A stretch of 64,000 bases of DNA from an uncultured Spirochaetota bacterium (GCA_963835575.1 CAWIGG010000002.1:1088001-1152000); one strand, 5' to 3'. Counted from the first letter of the stretch, positions 9,977 through 21,800 are shown. Notes: a model not told the origin generated them from the letters alone. Program-made: numbers and translations.

Positions 9977-10529
9977 TCCATCTTCCAGGCTTATTCTGCT
10001 TTCCATCCTGCTTGCCGTTCTGGTAGCTGTAATAGCATTTATTAACGGGCTTTTACTGCCTGACGATAAAGCTAATTTTATGATAGAGAACGCCCGTCAG
10101 TATCTCGGCAGGATTTCCTTCTCATTCTGGGGTATTTTCTTTAATAATTTACTGACGGCAATGATCATGATCCTGGGCGGTATTATTTTCAGTCTTCCGT
10201 CGCTTTTCTTCTATTATACAAATTTTTTACTGCTGGGCGTAGTCATAAAATCGGGTTTTATCAAAGTGGGACTATTACCGGTATTTTTGTCTTTATTTCC
10301 GCATGGGTTGTTTGAAATCCCTGCGATTATGATCAGTTTTTCAATAGCTCTGAATTTCACATTTCACCTTCTGGAGAGAATTACATTGAAAATAAAAGGC
10401 GGAACTGTTGAACTGATTAAAAAGAGTATGGCTGTCTTTTTTCTTGCTGTAGTTCCTCTTCTTATAATCGCGGCTATTATCGAAGTGTTTGTCACGCCTT
10501 ATTTAGTCAGAAGCCTTAAAATCGGCTGA
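9963..10529 (+). CDS. SpoIIM-like (DUF95) membrane protein
   Basis: IFFNN, PHGLFEIPA, AAIIEVFVTP motifs; start codon uncertain (9942 or 9963). Confidence 0.85.
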   Translation: MENNNPSSRLILLSILLAVLVAVIAFINGLLLPDDKANFMIENARQYLGRISFSFWGIFFNNLLTAMIMILGGIIFSLPSLFFYYTNFLLLGVVIKSGFIKVGLLPVFLSLFPHGLFEIPAIMISFSIALNFTFHLLERITLKIKGGTVELIKKSMAVFFLAVVPLLIIAAIIEVFVTPYLVRSLKIG

Positions 10530-11900
10530 TTCAAAAAGCTCATCCCTTGTTATAAAATGGCGGGAGAGGCGGTATTGAAGCTGGGCGGTTTTCGGGCTTT
10601 CCCCGTATACATAAATCCTGCCCATATTCCTGAGATTATTTTTAAGAACTATGATCTTCTTTTTTATTGATCTGGGGTCTTCCATAGCCTGGTTTTCAAA
10701 TTCGGTAAAAGGCTTCGGGACAAGCGGATTGATATTGATGATAAATTCCGGATTATAGCCGTTTATTTTAGAATAACGGAGAGATATTTCCCTGAGATTT
10801 TTTACAAGTTCTATATTATCATTCAGGTCTTCCATTGTTTCTCCAGGCAATCCGATGATAAAGTATAATTTCAGCCTTTTTAAGCCCAATTGAAAGGCCT
10901 TTTCAGCAGTATTTAAAATAGTTTCGTTGGGAATTATCTTGTTGATGCTCTTTTTGAGGCGGTAAGAGGCGGTTTCCGGCGCTATGACAAGCGTTTTATT
11001 CTCATTTTTAATAATCAAATCAAGCAGTTCATCATCCAGATTCTCAATCCTGAACGCTGAAAAAGAAATCTGGAATTTCATTTCATTTAAACGCTTGATG
11101 ATGTCCTTAAATTGGGGATGATTTGTCAGAGTGGCGGCTATCAGGCCGAGTTTGTTAGTATATGGAATATAGTTTTCGGCTGTTTTAAGAATATTATCCA
11201 TAGAAAAAGCTTTATATTTACCATAAAGCTTTGACATCAGGCAGAAATTGCATTGATAGAGGCATCCCCTGGAAATTTCTATAAGTCCCCTGTTTGAGAA
11301 TTCCGTTTTTTCCGTCAGGATAACACTATGGGTAAATTCAATTTCATTACATTGATAATAGGGAATATTATCATTTCCATCCGAAAAGATTGTATAAAAG
11401 CCTTTAATTCCCGCTATTTTGTCTAAAAATGGTTCTTTCTGTTTCATTATCATTAATTCCGGAATAAGCAGAGGCAGGGCATATTCGGCGGGAGTGCTCA
11501 CAGTTATATCGGCGATGTCTTTTAAATAATAGAAAAGAAATGTGACGGCAATTCCTCCAACGATAATGAGAGGCCCCTTTCTATTCCTGTTATATATCTG
11601 GATATGTGAAAGCTTTAATATTTTGATCAGGTTGATCAGGTCAGGCTCATAAGAGAGCGTAAACAATATGACATCAAATTCCTGAAGGCTCCTGTTCGAT
11701 TCAACGGTTTTTACACCGGCGGTTTCATTCCTGCTGTTCATAAAGGCCCTTTCGCAGTGTACATCGGGATATTGCTGAAGCAGGTGATAAAGTGACTGTA
11801 ACGCAAGGCTGGACATACCGATGGAGTAAGTATTAGGATATACTACTACTACATTCAGCCTGATTTTTTCTTTTTTATAACGGTAGAGATATTGTTCCAT
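10503..11900 (-). CDS. Radical SAM protein with B12-binding-like N-terminal domain
   Basis: YPNTYSIGMSSL, EISRGCLYQCNFC (CxxxCxxC), APET, YFIIGLPGET, PKPFT. Confidence 0.85.
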   Translation of the reverse strand: MEQYLYRYKKEKIRLNVVVVYPNTYSIGMSSLALQSLYHLLQQYPDVHCERAFMNSRNETAGVKTVESNRSLQEFDVILFTLSYEPDLINLIKILKLSHIQIYNRNRKGPLIIVGGIAVTFLFYYLKDIADITVSTPAEYALPLLIPELMIMKQKEPFLDKIAGIKGFYTIFSDGNDNIPYYQCNEIEFTHSVILTEKTEFSNRGLIEISRGCLYQCNFCLMSKLYGKYKAFSMDNILKTAENYIPYTNKLGLIAATLTNHPQFKDIIKRLNEMKFQISFSAFRIENLDDELLDLIIKNENKTLVIAPETASYRLKKSINKIIPNETILNTAEKAFQLGLKRLKLYFIIGLPGETMEDLNDNIELVKNLREISLRYSKINGYNPEFIININPLVPKPFTEFENQAMEDPRSIKKKIIVLKNNLRNMGRIYVYGESPKTAQLQYRLSRHFITRDELFESADFKASD

Positions 11901-11904
11901 ACGG

Positions 11905-12921
11905 TTATTTTATAATATTAAAAGTATAGCTGGCCTCTGATTTCCTTACTGACTTCGAGTTTGCCGTTATATTAAGCCCTTTGGTGATAATGTCTTTTAA
12001 TTGATTGTAAGATGTTATATTACCCAGGTCCGTAAAAGGATTGTCGGTTTTATAATTCTGTTCACTCAGATCGTCAAATTGAGATGATTGGGCGATCAAG
12101 CGGATCGTTTCTATGCCGTACGGCGCGCCGAGGGAAAACTCAAAACCCATGGAAGGCTTGGGAAATTTGTAAGTTGTATTTGCGCTGATAAAATTGTTCT
12201 TTTCATATTTATTAGGGTAGATCATTTTAACGCTGCCATCGACGCCGATGTGGAATAATTTGATATAACAATCCTGTTCGGAACGAATATTAATGACCAG
12301 CTTTTCCCCGTCCTTAAAGATGCCGTTAAGGCCGCGTTCCGTCCAGAGCGTTACTTTAAAATCATTTTTTTCAAGAATATTCGCATCCTGATCATTTTTT
12401 TTATAATCATCATAATTCGAAGGCTTTGCGTTAAAATGAGAAGGAAGTAAAGATGCTGCGATTTTAAAATCCGTTACAGCTGTAATATCCCTTGAATCGC
12501 TTTTGTTTAAGGTGAAAAAGACGCGGATCCCGTCGTCCTCAATATAATATTTCCCAAGGAGTATGCCGTCAAAATCGGCGTCGGTGCGGTATACAAAGGT
12601 TTTATCATCAATCGCCGTAAAGTCCTTCTGAGACTGGACAACCTTGAACAAGCCGGTTTTATAACAAGAAGACATGATGTAATTCTTGAGATAATCGCTC
12701 AAAGGCATTAATACCCTTGAATTTTCAAGATAAATATCCTCGACAATTATGGAATAACTGGTATTCGTGATATTTTGGGCTAGTTTTTCGAGGGCATTGT
12801 AGAGAGTTTCTTCCAGCTTAATGGAATTGTCCTGAGCTGACGGTTTTACGGTCTCTTTCTGACCGCAAGATAGAAAAGATATAAAAATACTGATAAACAA
12901 GATATTTATGATCTTTTTCAT
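11905..12921 (-). CDS. DUF4384-domain lipoprotein
   Basis: Lipobox FLSC; C-terminal GEKLVINIRSEQDCYIKLFHIGVDGSVKMIYPN...APYGIETI pattern. Confidence 0.75.
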   Translation of the reverse strand: MKKIINILFISIFISFLSCGQKETVKPSAQDNSIKLEETLYNALEKLAQNITNTSYSIIVEDIYLENSRVLMPLSDYLKNYIMSSCYKTGLFKVVQSQKDFTAIDDKTFVYRTDADFDGILLGKYYIEDDGIRVFFTLNKSDSRDITAVTDFKIAASLLPSHFNAKPSNYDDYKKNDQDANILEKNDFKVTLWTERGLNGIFKDGEKLVINIRSEQDCYIKLFHIGVDGSVKMIYPNKYEKNNFISANTTYKFPKPSMGFEFSLGAPYGIETIRLIAQSSQFDDLSEQNYKTDNPFTDLGNITSYNQLKDIITKGLNITANSKSVRKSEASYTFNIIK

Positions 12922-12988
12922 ATCGCTTTTACCTCCAAAACTATCAAATTATAGACCTGATTATAAAAAAATGCAAAGGGAACATTCC

Positions 12989-14152
12989 TTAATCAAATAC
13001 CGACCGGCCTCCGTATAATTTTGATTCCCGGTTCTCTTTTTCAACGACTTTATCAAAATCAGCTTCCGGCTCTAATTCCTTTTCTATTTTCAGAGATATT
13101 CCGTAAAGCCTCTTCAAGCAGTTCATTTTTTCATTCTCGCCCAGTTTCGCTTTTTGAATAGCTTCTTTCAGTACAGTAATACTTTCATCGTAAGTTTTTA
13201 AGGGGACTGGAAAGGGATGCCTGTCCTTACCGCCATGGGCGAAGGAATAACGCGCCGGGTCTGAAAAGCGGGATGGAGTGCCGAAAATGACTTCGCTGAC
13301 CAACACCAGGGATTGAAGCGTTCTTGGCCCGACTCCCGGGATGAGCAGAAAAGAGCAGAAGTCGTTCACGGGTTTTTCATAAGCCGCGGCCAGTACGCTG
13401 CCCAGCCTTTTTAAATTCACGTCGGCCGGTTTTACTTCATGCCTTGAGGGCATAACAAGCCTTGTTATTTCATTGATCGTTTTATCAGGCTTTTCATGAG
13501 ACAGATTGACGATGCTTTCCTTGGTCTTTCCGGCGTCTTTATGCGTCAGATTAAGGATTAAACCCTGGTTTTCACCGACAATGCCGGTATGCGGTTCTTC
13601 ATCAAAGGCTTTTATATTTGAGGAAAGCCAGTGGTAACGCCTGGCCATCCTGGTTGCCGGGTTCATTCCCTGCTGAACAACCGTCCAGTCACCCTCATCG
13701 GTAACTATAAAGTTATGTAAATAGAGTTGAAAGCCGTCCTGGACTGCCGTATTATCGATTTTAGCGCTGAGCCGGCTGCATTTTACAAGATTATCGCCGT
13801 CCAGACCTGTATTTTCAGCGATTTTAACCAGTTCCTGGGGCGTTTGACGGGAATATTTGCCCCTTCCGCCGCAAATGGTTATTCCAAGCTCTTTAGATAG
13901 GGGATTTAAACCTCTTTTTAAAGCGCCCATCACGGATGTCGTAATTCCTGATGAATGCCAGTCCATTCCCATCACGCATCCAAGGGACTGGAACCAGAAC
14001 GGATCGCTTATGCGTCTGAGAACTTCCCTTTTTCCATAAAGCTGGACAAGCGATTCAACAATTAATGTTCCCAGCTCGGTCATCCTGTCTGACAGCCATT
14101 TTGGAACAGTTCCATAGTGGAGGGGAAGATCGGCCTGTCCTGTTCGTTTCAT
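12989..14152 (-). CDS. DUF763 family protein
   Basis: ADLPLHYG, DPFWFQSLGCVMGMDWHSSG, VVQQGMN, ARRYHW, HhH-like IPGVGPRT, FAHGGKD. Confidence 0.9.
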   Translation of the reverse strand: MKRTGQADLPLHYGTVPKWLSDRMTELGTLIVESLVQLYGKREVLRRISDPFWFQSLGCVMGMDWHSSGITTSVMGALKRGLNPLSKELGITICGGRGKYSRQTPQELVKIAENTGLDGDNLVKCSRLSAKIDNTAVQDGFQLYLHNFIVTDEGDWTVVQQGMNPATRMARRYHWLSSNIKAFDEEPHTGIVGENQGLILNLTHKDAGKTKESIVNLSHEKPDKTINEITRLVMPSRHEVKPADVNLKRLGSVLAAAYEKPVNDFCSFLLIPGVGPRTLQSLVLVSEVIFGTPSRFSDPARYSFAHGGKDRHPFPVPLKTYDESITVLKEAIQKAKLGENEKMNCLKRLYGISLKIEKELEPEADFDKVVEKENRESKLYGGRSVFD

Positions 14153-14251
14153 ATAATTTACCTTTTAATAGAACATATTAAACTATCATTCTTTTGTCAA
14201 TTTGTCCATTATTGGGTAAAATAATAGTTCAATATAAAATGGAATAAAAAT

Positions 14252-14953
14252 ATGATTGAAAAAGACCTTTTTAAACCCATCCATGACTATTTTGAAAATC
14301 TGGGCTATGAAGTCCATGGGGAAGTCAGTCATTGCGATATCACGGCTGTTAAAGGCGATGAATTGAAGATAATTGAGCTTAAGCTTCATTTAAACCTGGA
14401 ACTGCTGATCCAGGCGGCTAAACGCCAGCGGATCTCAGATTCAGTCTATATTGCCTTTCCCCGGCCGAATTACAGCCTGTTTTCAAAAAAATGGAAGGAT
14501 ATCTGTTATCTGATCAGAAGGCTTGGGCTTGGATTGATCCTGGTATCGCCTTATGATACGGTCTCAATAATCCTGGAACCCGGTCCGTTCGACCGGGAAA
14601 AAAGCAGAAAGCTCAACAGTAAAAAAAGTCAGATTCTCAAGAATGAATTAAAAGGGCGTCATGGGAATTATAATACAGGAGGAAGCACAGGAGAAAAAAT
14701 CATGACCGCTTATAAAGAAAATGCTTTATTCATAGCTTATTGTCTGAAGAAATATGATTCTTTATCGCCAAAGGAACTCAGAAAATTAGGTACGGGAAAT
14801 AAAACTTATTCTATTTTAAATATGAATTATTACGGCTGGTTTGAAAAAAAGGCAAAAGGAATATATTATTTGAATAATGAAGGAAAAAAGTATCTGAAAA
14901 AATATCCGGAATTGATACGTTATTTTAAAAGTAAAATTGAAAAGGAAAGTTGA
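14252..14953 (+). CDS. DUF2161 putative PD-(D/E)XK-type phosphodiesterase/nuclease
   Basis: EKDLFKP, GYEVHGEV..CDI, IELK...L.LL.QA..RQ, MTAY, NYYGWF. Confidence 0.85.
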   Translation: MIEKDLFKPIHDYFENLGYEVHGEVSHCDITAVKGDELKIIELKLHLNLELLIQAAKRQRISDSVYIAFPRPNYSLFSKKWKDICYLIRRLGLGLILVSPYDTVSIILEPGPFDREKSRKLNSKKSQILKNELKGRHGNYNTGGSTGEKIMTAYKENALFIAYCLKKYDSLSPKELRKLGTGNKTYSILNMNYYGWFEKKAKGIYYLNNEGKKYLKKYPELIRYFKSKIEKES

Positions 14954-15076
14954 TATTGATATTTGAAATTTAAATTTATACATTATTTTTTGATATTCTA
15001 AACCGCTTTTTAAAACAAACTAAATAGAATGCTGATTTCACATATCCATATCAATTAGAGTCAAAATCGGTGATAT

Positions 15077-15180
15077 TTCACGCAAAGACGCTAAGCCCGC
15101 AAAGTTTTAAACAAAATAATCCGCGCAATTTCGCTTCATTCGTGTCATCCGCCTTTGCGCACTTTGCGTCTTTGCGTAAA
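15077..15180. repeat. REP/MITE-like element with 28-bp imperfect terminal inverted repeats
   Basis: ttcacgcaaagacgctaagcccgcaaag (15077-15104) matches the reverse complement of 15153-15180 at 24/28 positions; lies between convergent genes. Confidence 0.75.
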
Positions 15181-15237
15181 TTTAATTTTACTAATAGTTA
15201 CAAAGCCAGTTAATTTGGATAACAATGAATTAATAAT

Positions 15238-15879
15238 TCAGTATCCTACCGTAAACCGTTTCCGGATATACTGCGGTTTCTCAATCTCATCCAGAATAGC
15301 GACTGCCAGGTCCTGTGCCGATATCCGGCTTTCTCCTTTTACATCCAGCAGGATTTTATCAGTGCCGAGGCGGAACTTTCCCGTGCGCTCTCCCGGCTGA
15401 AGATTTACCGACGGGCTGACGAATGTCCATTCCAGCTCATCTTCTTTCCTGAAAATATTAAGCGCCTCTCGCGCCGCCATCGCTCCCGCTTTAAAATTTT
15501 CCGGGAAATGCGGGGAATCAACCAATTGAAGGCCTGGAGCTATCTCCAGGCTACCTGCTCCTCCAACAGTTAAAACACGTTTGATTCCCGATGCTTTTAC
15601 CGCTTTTATAATATTTTGAGTCCCTTTGATATAAAGATTATATATGTCTGGATTTTCCCACCCGGGATTAAAAGCGCTGATAACGGCATCATGTCCTTTT
15701 ATGAGCAATGATAATTCTGATTCTTGATAGATATCACCTTTCCCGGCTGTCAGGTTCTTTTGAGACTCTAATTTTTCAGGATGTCTGACAATTGCCGTCA
15801 CTTGATGGCCTCTTGATAAAACCTCTTTTAAAATATACGAACCGACAAAACCGGTCGCGCCGATTAAAGCAATTTTCAT
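15238..15879 (-). CDS. NAD(P)-dependent oxidoreductase (flavin/biliverdin reductase-like SDR)
   Basis: IGATGFVG Rossmann motif, VGGAGSL, WTFVSP, IS.QDLAVAILDE. Confidence 0.85.
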   Translation of the reverse strand: MKIALIGATGFVGSYILKEVLSRGHQVTAIVRHPEKLESQKNLTAGKGDIYQESELSLLIKGHDAVISAFNPGWENPDIYNLYIKGTQNIIKAVKASGIKRVLTVGGAGSLEIAPGLQLVDSPHFPENFKAGAMAAREALNIFRKEDELEWTFVSPSVNLQPGERTGKFRLGTDKILLDVKGESRISAQDLAVAILDEIEKPQYIRKRFTVGY

Positions 15880-15902
15880 AAAGCCTCCACTATTATTTAT
15901 GA

Positions 15903-16889
15903 TTATAATCCGACAAGGTTCATTCTTGAAGCTTCATAGCGGGTACCGGTTGCGGCATCTTTCGGAAAAATGTTGTTTAATTCATCTATTTCTTCTTTTG
16001 TCAGAATGATTTCTGTCGCCGCAATATTATCGATCAGGTATTTTTCATGCCTTGTTCCGGGTATCGGCACAATGTCCTTTCCCTGGGCAAGAAGCCATGC
16101 AAGCGCCAGCTGTCCGGGAGTACAGCCTTTTTGTCCGGCGATTTTCTCCAGTTTATTCAATAAAATCAGATTCTTATCCAGGTTTTCACCCTGCATCCTG
16201 GGCATTGAAGCCCTGAAATCGGTTTTTTCAAACTGGTCTTTTGATTTGATCCGTCCGGTCAAAAACCCGCGTCCGAGCGGGCTGTAGGCAACAAACGCTG
16301 TACCCAATTCACGGCATCTATCCAGAATTACGCCTTCAGGGTCGCGGCTCCAGAGTGAATATTCGGTTTGAAGCGCGGTGATCGGGTGGACCGCGTTCGC
16401 CCGCCGTATCGTATTCGGCCCCGCTTCAGACAACCCGAGAAAACGCACCTTGCCTTCTTTAACTAAACCGGCCATTGCGCCGACTGTTTCTTCGATCGGA
16501 GTGCCGGGATCCACCCGGTGCTGATAGTATAAATCGATGACATCAACCCCCAGGCGCTTTAAACTCATTTCGCATGCGGTTTTAACATATTCAGGCTTCC
16601 CGTTGACCCCGATAAAGGCACCGTCAACGCGTCGCATGTTGCCGAATTTTGTCGCAAGGATAACCTTGTCCCGTTTTCCTCGTAATGCCTGACCCACCAG
16701 AATCTCATTATGCCCGACGCCGTACATATCGGCCGTATCGATGAAATTAATGCCCAGATCGATAGCGCTATGAATCAATTTGATTGAATTGAGATCATCG
16801 GATTTACCGTAAAACTCGGACATGCCCATACAGCCAAGGCCTATTTCCGATACGCTTAATCCGCTTTTTCCAAGAATTCTCCTTTTCAT
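15903..16889 (-). CDS. Aldo/keto reductase
   Basis: [47 protein letters not shown]. Confidence 0.95.
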   Translation of the reverse strand: MKRRILGKSGLSVSEIGLGCMGMSEFYGKSDDLNSIKLIHSAIDLGINFIDTADMYGVGHNEILVGQALRGKRDKVILATKFGNMRRVDGAFIGVNGKPEYVKTACEMSLKRLGVDVIDLYYQHRVDPGTPIEETVGAMAGLVKEGKVRFLGLSEAGPNTIRRANAVHPITALQTEYSLWSRDPEGVILDRCRELGTAFVAYSPLGRGFLTGRIKSKDQFEKTDFRASMPRMQGENLDKNLILLNKLEKIAGQKGCTPGQLALAWLLAQGKDIVPIPGTRHEKYLIDNIAATEIILTKEEIDELNNIFPKDAATGTRYEASRMNLVGL

Positions 16890-17028
16890 AACTTACTCCT
16901 TTTTAAATTTCTATTAAATAGAGCCTGAATTACATTATCAAATTAATAAAAACCAATCTATTATTTTCTTTTTATAATATAATACTATCCATCAGACTGG
17001 TCAATTATGTTTTTAAAAACGGAAATTA

Positions 17029-17056
17029 TTGACACTTCATTGATTGAATTTATAAT
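17029..17056 (+). promoter_or_regulatory. Sigma70-type promoter
   Basis: TTGACA-16 nt-TATAAT upstream of the DUF1295 gene. Confidence 0.6.
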
Positions 17057-17093
17057 ATTGATAAAGAAAGAATAAATCAAAAAGAGGTTTAAT

Positions 17094-18041
17094 ATGAAGT
17101 TTATCGCTTATTTATTTATATCTGCAATTTGTTCATTGGCAGTATTTTTTGCCGTATCCGGCAATAATCCAATTAATTTTTTAATTACCACGAACCCTCT
17201 TTTTATAATCTGTATTATTTCAGCTGTCATTATATTAATCAGCTTTATTGCCGGATGGCTGACAGATGATTATTCATGGGTGGACCGGATCTGGAGCATT
17301 GCACCTGTCATTTATGCCTGGATTTTTACACTTCGGGCATGGCCAGACGGGCGCTTGCTGGTAATGGCTGTGCTTGTCACACTCTGGGGCATACGACTGA
17401 CATTCAATCTGGCTAGAAAAGGGGGCTATTCCGGAATGGAAGACTACCGCTGGAAGGAAATTCACAAATTGATACCGAACAAATTCCTCTGGCAGACTTT
17501 TAATTTTATTTTCATAGCCTTTTATCAAAATGCGCTCTTTATTTTATTTTTGCTGCCATTTTACATTGTATTTATTAACAGGGGAAAGCCTGCCGGATTC
17601 CTTGATATAACGGCTGTTATACTATTTATTATTTTCCTGCTGTTGGAGACGGTTGCCGACCAGCAGCAGTGGGATTTTCAGAAGAATAAAAAGAAAATGT
17701 TAGAAACCGGCATTAAAACTGATAAAGATATTGAAAGAGGGTTTTTAACCGGCGGGCTGTTTCATTATTCCCGCCACCCGAATTATTTCGCGGAAATAGT
17801 CCTATGGTGGATTATTTATTTATTCAGCGTTTCGGCCCAGGGGCAATGGCTGCACTGGAGCGCGGCGGGAGCGGCCCTTTTAACCCTGCTGTTTATAGGT
17901 TCTACAGGAATGACTGAGATGATCTCAAAGAGAAAATATCCCGATTACGCTGAGTATCAGAAAAGGACATCGGCAATAATTCCCTGGTTTTCAAAACCTC
18001 CGGCCGGTGAGGCTGATTCTGAAAAGACGATACAAATATAA
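17094..18041 (+). CDS. DUF1295 membrane protein (steroid 5-alpha reductase-like)
   Basis: YSWVDRIWS, WGIRL, EDYRW, ETVADQQQW, SRHPNYFAE. Confidence 0.85.
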   Translation: MKFIAYLFISAICSLAVFFAVSGNNPINFLITTNPLFIICIISAVIILISFIAGWLTDDYSWVDRIWSIAPVIYAWIFTLRAWPDGRLLVMAVLVTLWGIRLTFNLARKGGYSGMEDYRWKEIHKLIPNKFLWQTFNFIFIAFYQNALFILFLLPFYIVFINRGKPAGFLDITAVILFIIFLLLETVADQQQWDFQKNKKKMLETGIKTDKDIERGFLTGGLFHYSRHPNYFAEIVLWWIIYLFSVSAQGQWLHWSAAGAALLTLLFIGSTGMTEMISKRKYPDYAEYQKRTSAIIPWFSKPPAGEADSEKTIQI

Positions 18042-18064
18042 ATTACACCGTTTTGATCGATCTG

Positions 18065-18688
18065 TCAAAATCCCAGGACTTCATTTACCAATAATAATAT
18101 GACATTCCTGTGCAGATAGGGGGCTTCCCGTTCATATATAAGAAGCTTTCCGACAAAGCTTCCTGAATTCGGCCCGAAGACCTTTTTCATCCGCTGATTT
18201 TCCAATGGCAGAACATATTCGCGCACCCTTTTAATGGCTTCTTCCAGTGTCGGAGTGATTTTCTGAGCTCCCGCGACCCAGATGACATTACTGCTTGAAA
18301 AAACATAAGAAGACAGCTGGCTGCCCGTTGCGCTGGCAATGACAAGCTCGCCGGTTTCAGCAATCGCATGGACGCTGCCGAGGAAATAATCAGTTAATGT
18401 GCTCTGTTTTCTCATATGAGACTGTTTCACGGGATCTTTTTCTGCGAGAATACTGTTTTTAATATTATTCCAGGGGTGTTTCCCCGATATGAGCAGATCA
18501 TCCAAACCGATCTGCGTCAATGTGGTGGAACCGGCAGTCATAACATCCGCTCCCGCGGGAATCAGGCTCTGTAGTCTGGCCAGCGTTTTTTCTCCGGAAT
18601 CAACAAGCTCAACACTAATTCCCCTTGCTTTGACGGCTTCCATGGTTTTCTGTATTTGATTTAATGAAGGGATACTATTATAATTCAT
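18065..18688 (-). CDS. LUD-domain (lactate utilisation) protein
   Basis: GSTTLTQIG, LGSVHAIAETGELVIASATGSQ, VAGAQKI, C-terminal LGF. Confidence 0.8.
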   Translation of the reverse strand: MNYNSIPSLNQIQKTMEAVKARGISVELVDSGEKTLARLQSLIPAGADVMTAGSTTLTQIGLDDLLISGKHPWNNIKNSILAEKDPVKQSHMRKQSTLTDYFLGSVHAIAETGELVIASATGSQLSSYVFSSSNVIWVAGAQKITPTLEEAIKRVREYVLPLENQRMKKVFGPNSGSFVGKLLIYEREAPYLHRNVILLLVNEVLGF

Positions 18689-18849
18689 CTTTTTCCTCCC
18701 GCATTATTTATTATAATATATTAATTTAATTATTCCTTTTCATAAAGGCAAATATGCTTATTATAATTAGTCTTAAATATAAAAACTGGATAGATTTGAT
18801 GAAAGTTATTAAAATTATCATTATTGAAATAATGAATAAATAAGGTTTT

Positions 18850-21800
18850 ATGCCATTCAATTTTTTAGAATATATCCGATCTTTTTTCAAAATTGAGCCG
18901 CTGATTAAGCTTTTGAAAGAACAGGCTGAAGTTGTATTTAATGTGCCTATCGGCGCGCTTCCGCTATTATTGGACCGCTTGAGGGAAGGCGCAACATGTT
19001 TTTATATAGCCCGGAACGAACTGGAAGCGGAGGCTGTTTATGAAAGTCTTCAATCCCTGCGGTCAAACGTGCTATTTTTCCCGGAAGTGGATGTCATTCC
19101 ATATTCCAATGTGTTTCCATCTCCGGACAAGCTTTCAGACCGGATTGCCGCTTTATACGAGTTAACGAAGGATCAAAACACCATCGTCATTCTCACATTG
19201 GAATCCTATCTCAGAAAACTGCCTTCGGCAGAATTTTTGAATAAAAGTATTATCAAGTTGAAAAACGGCGATTCTTTCAACAGGGACAAGCTGATCAATA
19301 TCCTGGTCGATTATCAGTATATACGTGATTTTAAGACCTCGGAACAGGGATATTTTTCGGTCCGCGGGGATATTGTGGATATTTTTCCGCCCAATTTTAA
19401 AGAGGGCATCAGGATTAATTTCCTGGGGGATGAGATTGAATCGATTAAGCTTTTCAATACCATATCTCAAAAATCAATTGAAAATCTCAAAGAATTTGAT
19501 TTGATACCGGCCAATGAATTCGCTATTGTCAAAGAAAAGATCAATAAAGATAATCAGGAATATTTAAATGAAACCAGTATTCACTCCTATTTTCCTAAAT
19601 TCTATAGTAAGCTGTCCCATATTTCCGGGTATTCCAGCCTGAAAAAACTGATTGTTTATAATGAGAAAATATGGGACGATCTGGAAAACATACAGTCAAA
19701 ATATGAACAGTTCGGCGGGAACAGGGAATTACTGATATGGGATCCTGAGGAAATCAGGGAGATGAATACAAACAGCGCTGTTTTAAAAATAGCTTCTGTT
19801 ATTAATGAAGACATACTCCCGATAAAGCTGAACCAGCCGCCTGAGTTCGGAGAGGGATTTTCACGCTTTCTGGCGGATGTCGAGGAAGTCTATCTCAAGA
19901 ATGATTATCAGGTTTTTATCCTGCTTGAATATGAGGACCTGGCAAAACGTATCATGAACATCCTCAAGAAACTCAATCCCGTATTGATTCATAATAACGA
20001 AGAAATAAAAGAAAATCACAAATTAGCTGTTGTTATTATCAATTATGAGCATGGCTTTGAATTGATCAGCAGCCAGGGCAAGCTTCTTCTCCTGACCGAA
20101 AGCGATATCAGCGGGAAAAAACGCCTCTTCCGGAAGCGTATCCGCCAGATTGACACGCTTTTCGAAGACATAGAGGATATCCAGGAAGGCGAGTTTGTTG
20201 TCCATTTAAACTATGGAATAGGGATATTTAAAAACATCGAGCGCATTAATGTGCTGGGAAAAGAGAAGGACTATATTTTACTGGAATACGCCCAGCAGGA
20301 AAGACTTTATGTTCCGCTGGAACAATCCAATTTGATCGGGAAATATATCGGAGGCATGACAAAAAAGCCGGTGCTCGGTTCCCTGGGCGGAAAGAGCTGG
20401 TCGAAAAAGAAGGAAAAAGTCCAGAAAAGTATTGAGGAGTTTGCCCAGAGGCTTGTCGCGATTTATGCCAAAAGAGGGGCTTTAAAAGGCCATGTATTTC
20501 CGCCGGACACCGCTTGGCAGAAGGATTTTGAGAACCGGTTTGAGTATATAGAAACCCCCGATCAGATCAAAGTCATTGAGGAAATCAAGCGGGATATGGA
20601 AGTATCGAAGCCGATGGACAGGCTTCTCTGCGGGGATGTGGGCTTCGGAAAGACGGAAGTCGCCATGCGCTGCGCTTTTAAGGCCGTAATGGACGGCAAG
20701 CAGGCGGTCCTTATCGCCCCGACGACTGTACTGGTCGAACAGCATTATTATACTTTTATGGATAGATTCAAGGGATTCCCTATTAAAATCGATTATGTTT
20801 CCCGTTTTACCGATCCTAAAAAATTAAAGAAAATCATGAAGGAAACAGCCAGCCATCAAATTGACATACTCATCGGAACGCATAAACTGTTTTCCGAGGA
20901 TATAGCTTTTCATTCACTGGGTCTTGTCATCATTGACGAAGAACATAAATTCGGAGTAAACCATAAGGAAATAATGAAGGAACGGTATCCGCTGGTTGAT
21001 TTCCTTTCCCTTTCAGCGACGCCGATACCGAGAACACTGAATATGGCCCTCTCAACACTGCGCGACATCAGCCTTCTTGAAACGCCGCCCGATATGAGAA
21101 TTCCTGTCGAAACATATGTATCTGATTTTTCAATGGATATTGTGAAATTTGCCGTAGAAAAGGAGTTAAGCCGCGGCGGTCAGGTGTTTTTCGTCCACAA
21201 TACCATAAAAAGGCTCCCGGAATACGCTTATATGATCCAGAAGATGGTCCCGCCGGCAAAAATAGCGGTCGGTCATGGCCAGATGGATGAAGAGGAGCTT
21301 GAACGATCTTTCATTGGTTTTGTAAAAGGGGAATACAACGTCCTTGTTTCAACGACAATCATAGATTCCGGCCTGGATATTCCCAATGCCAATACTGTTA
21401 TCATCAGCGATGCCCACCGTTTCGGTCTTTCCCAGCTTTATCAACTCAAGGGCAGGGTGGGCAGGGCAAAAAGGCAGGGATATGCCTATTTCCTCTATCC
21501 GGAAAATAAAAGCCTGACTGAAACGGCCCAGAAAAGGCTCTTTGTCATTAATGAATACACAAACCTGGGCGCCGGTTTTAATATAGCCTTAAAAGACCTT
21601 GAAATCAGGGGTGCCGGTAATGTTTTAGGACGGGAACAGCATGGAAATATCATCGCTGTCGGTTTTGACGTTTACACAAGGCTTCTCCGTGAAGAAATAG
21701 AGAGGCTGAAGGGCGGTTATAAAGAAGAGATCGATACACTGATCGATCTGAATTATGACGCCTTCATTCCCAATGAATTCATACAGGATAACGCCTCAAA

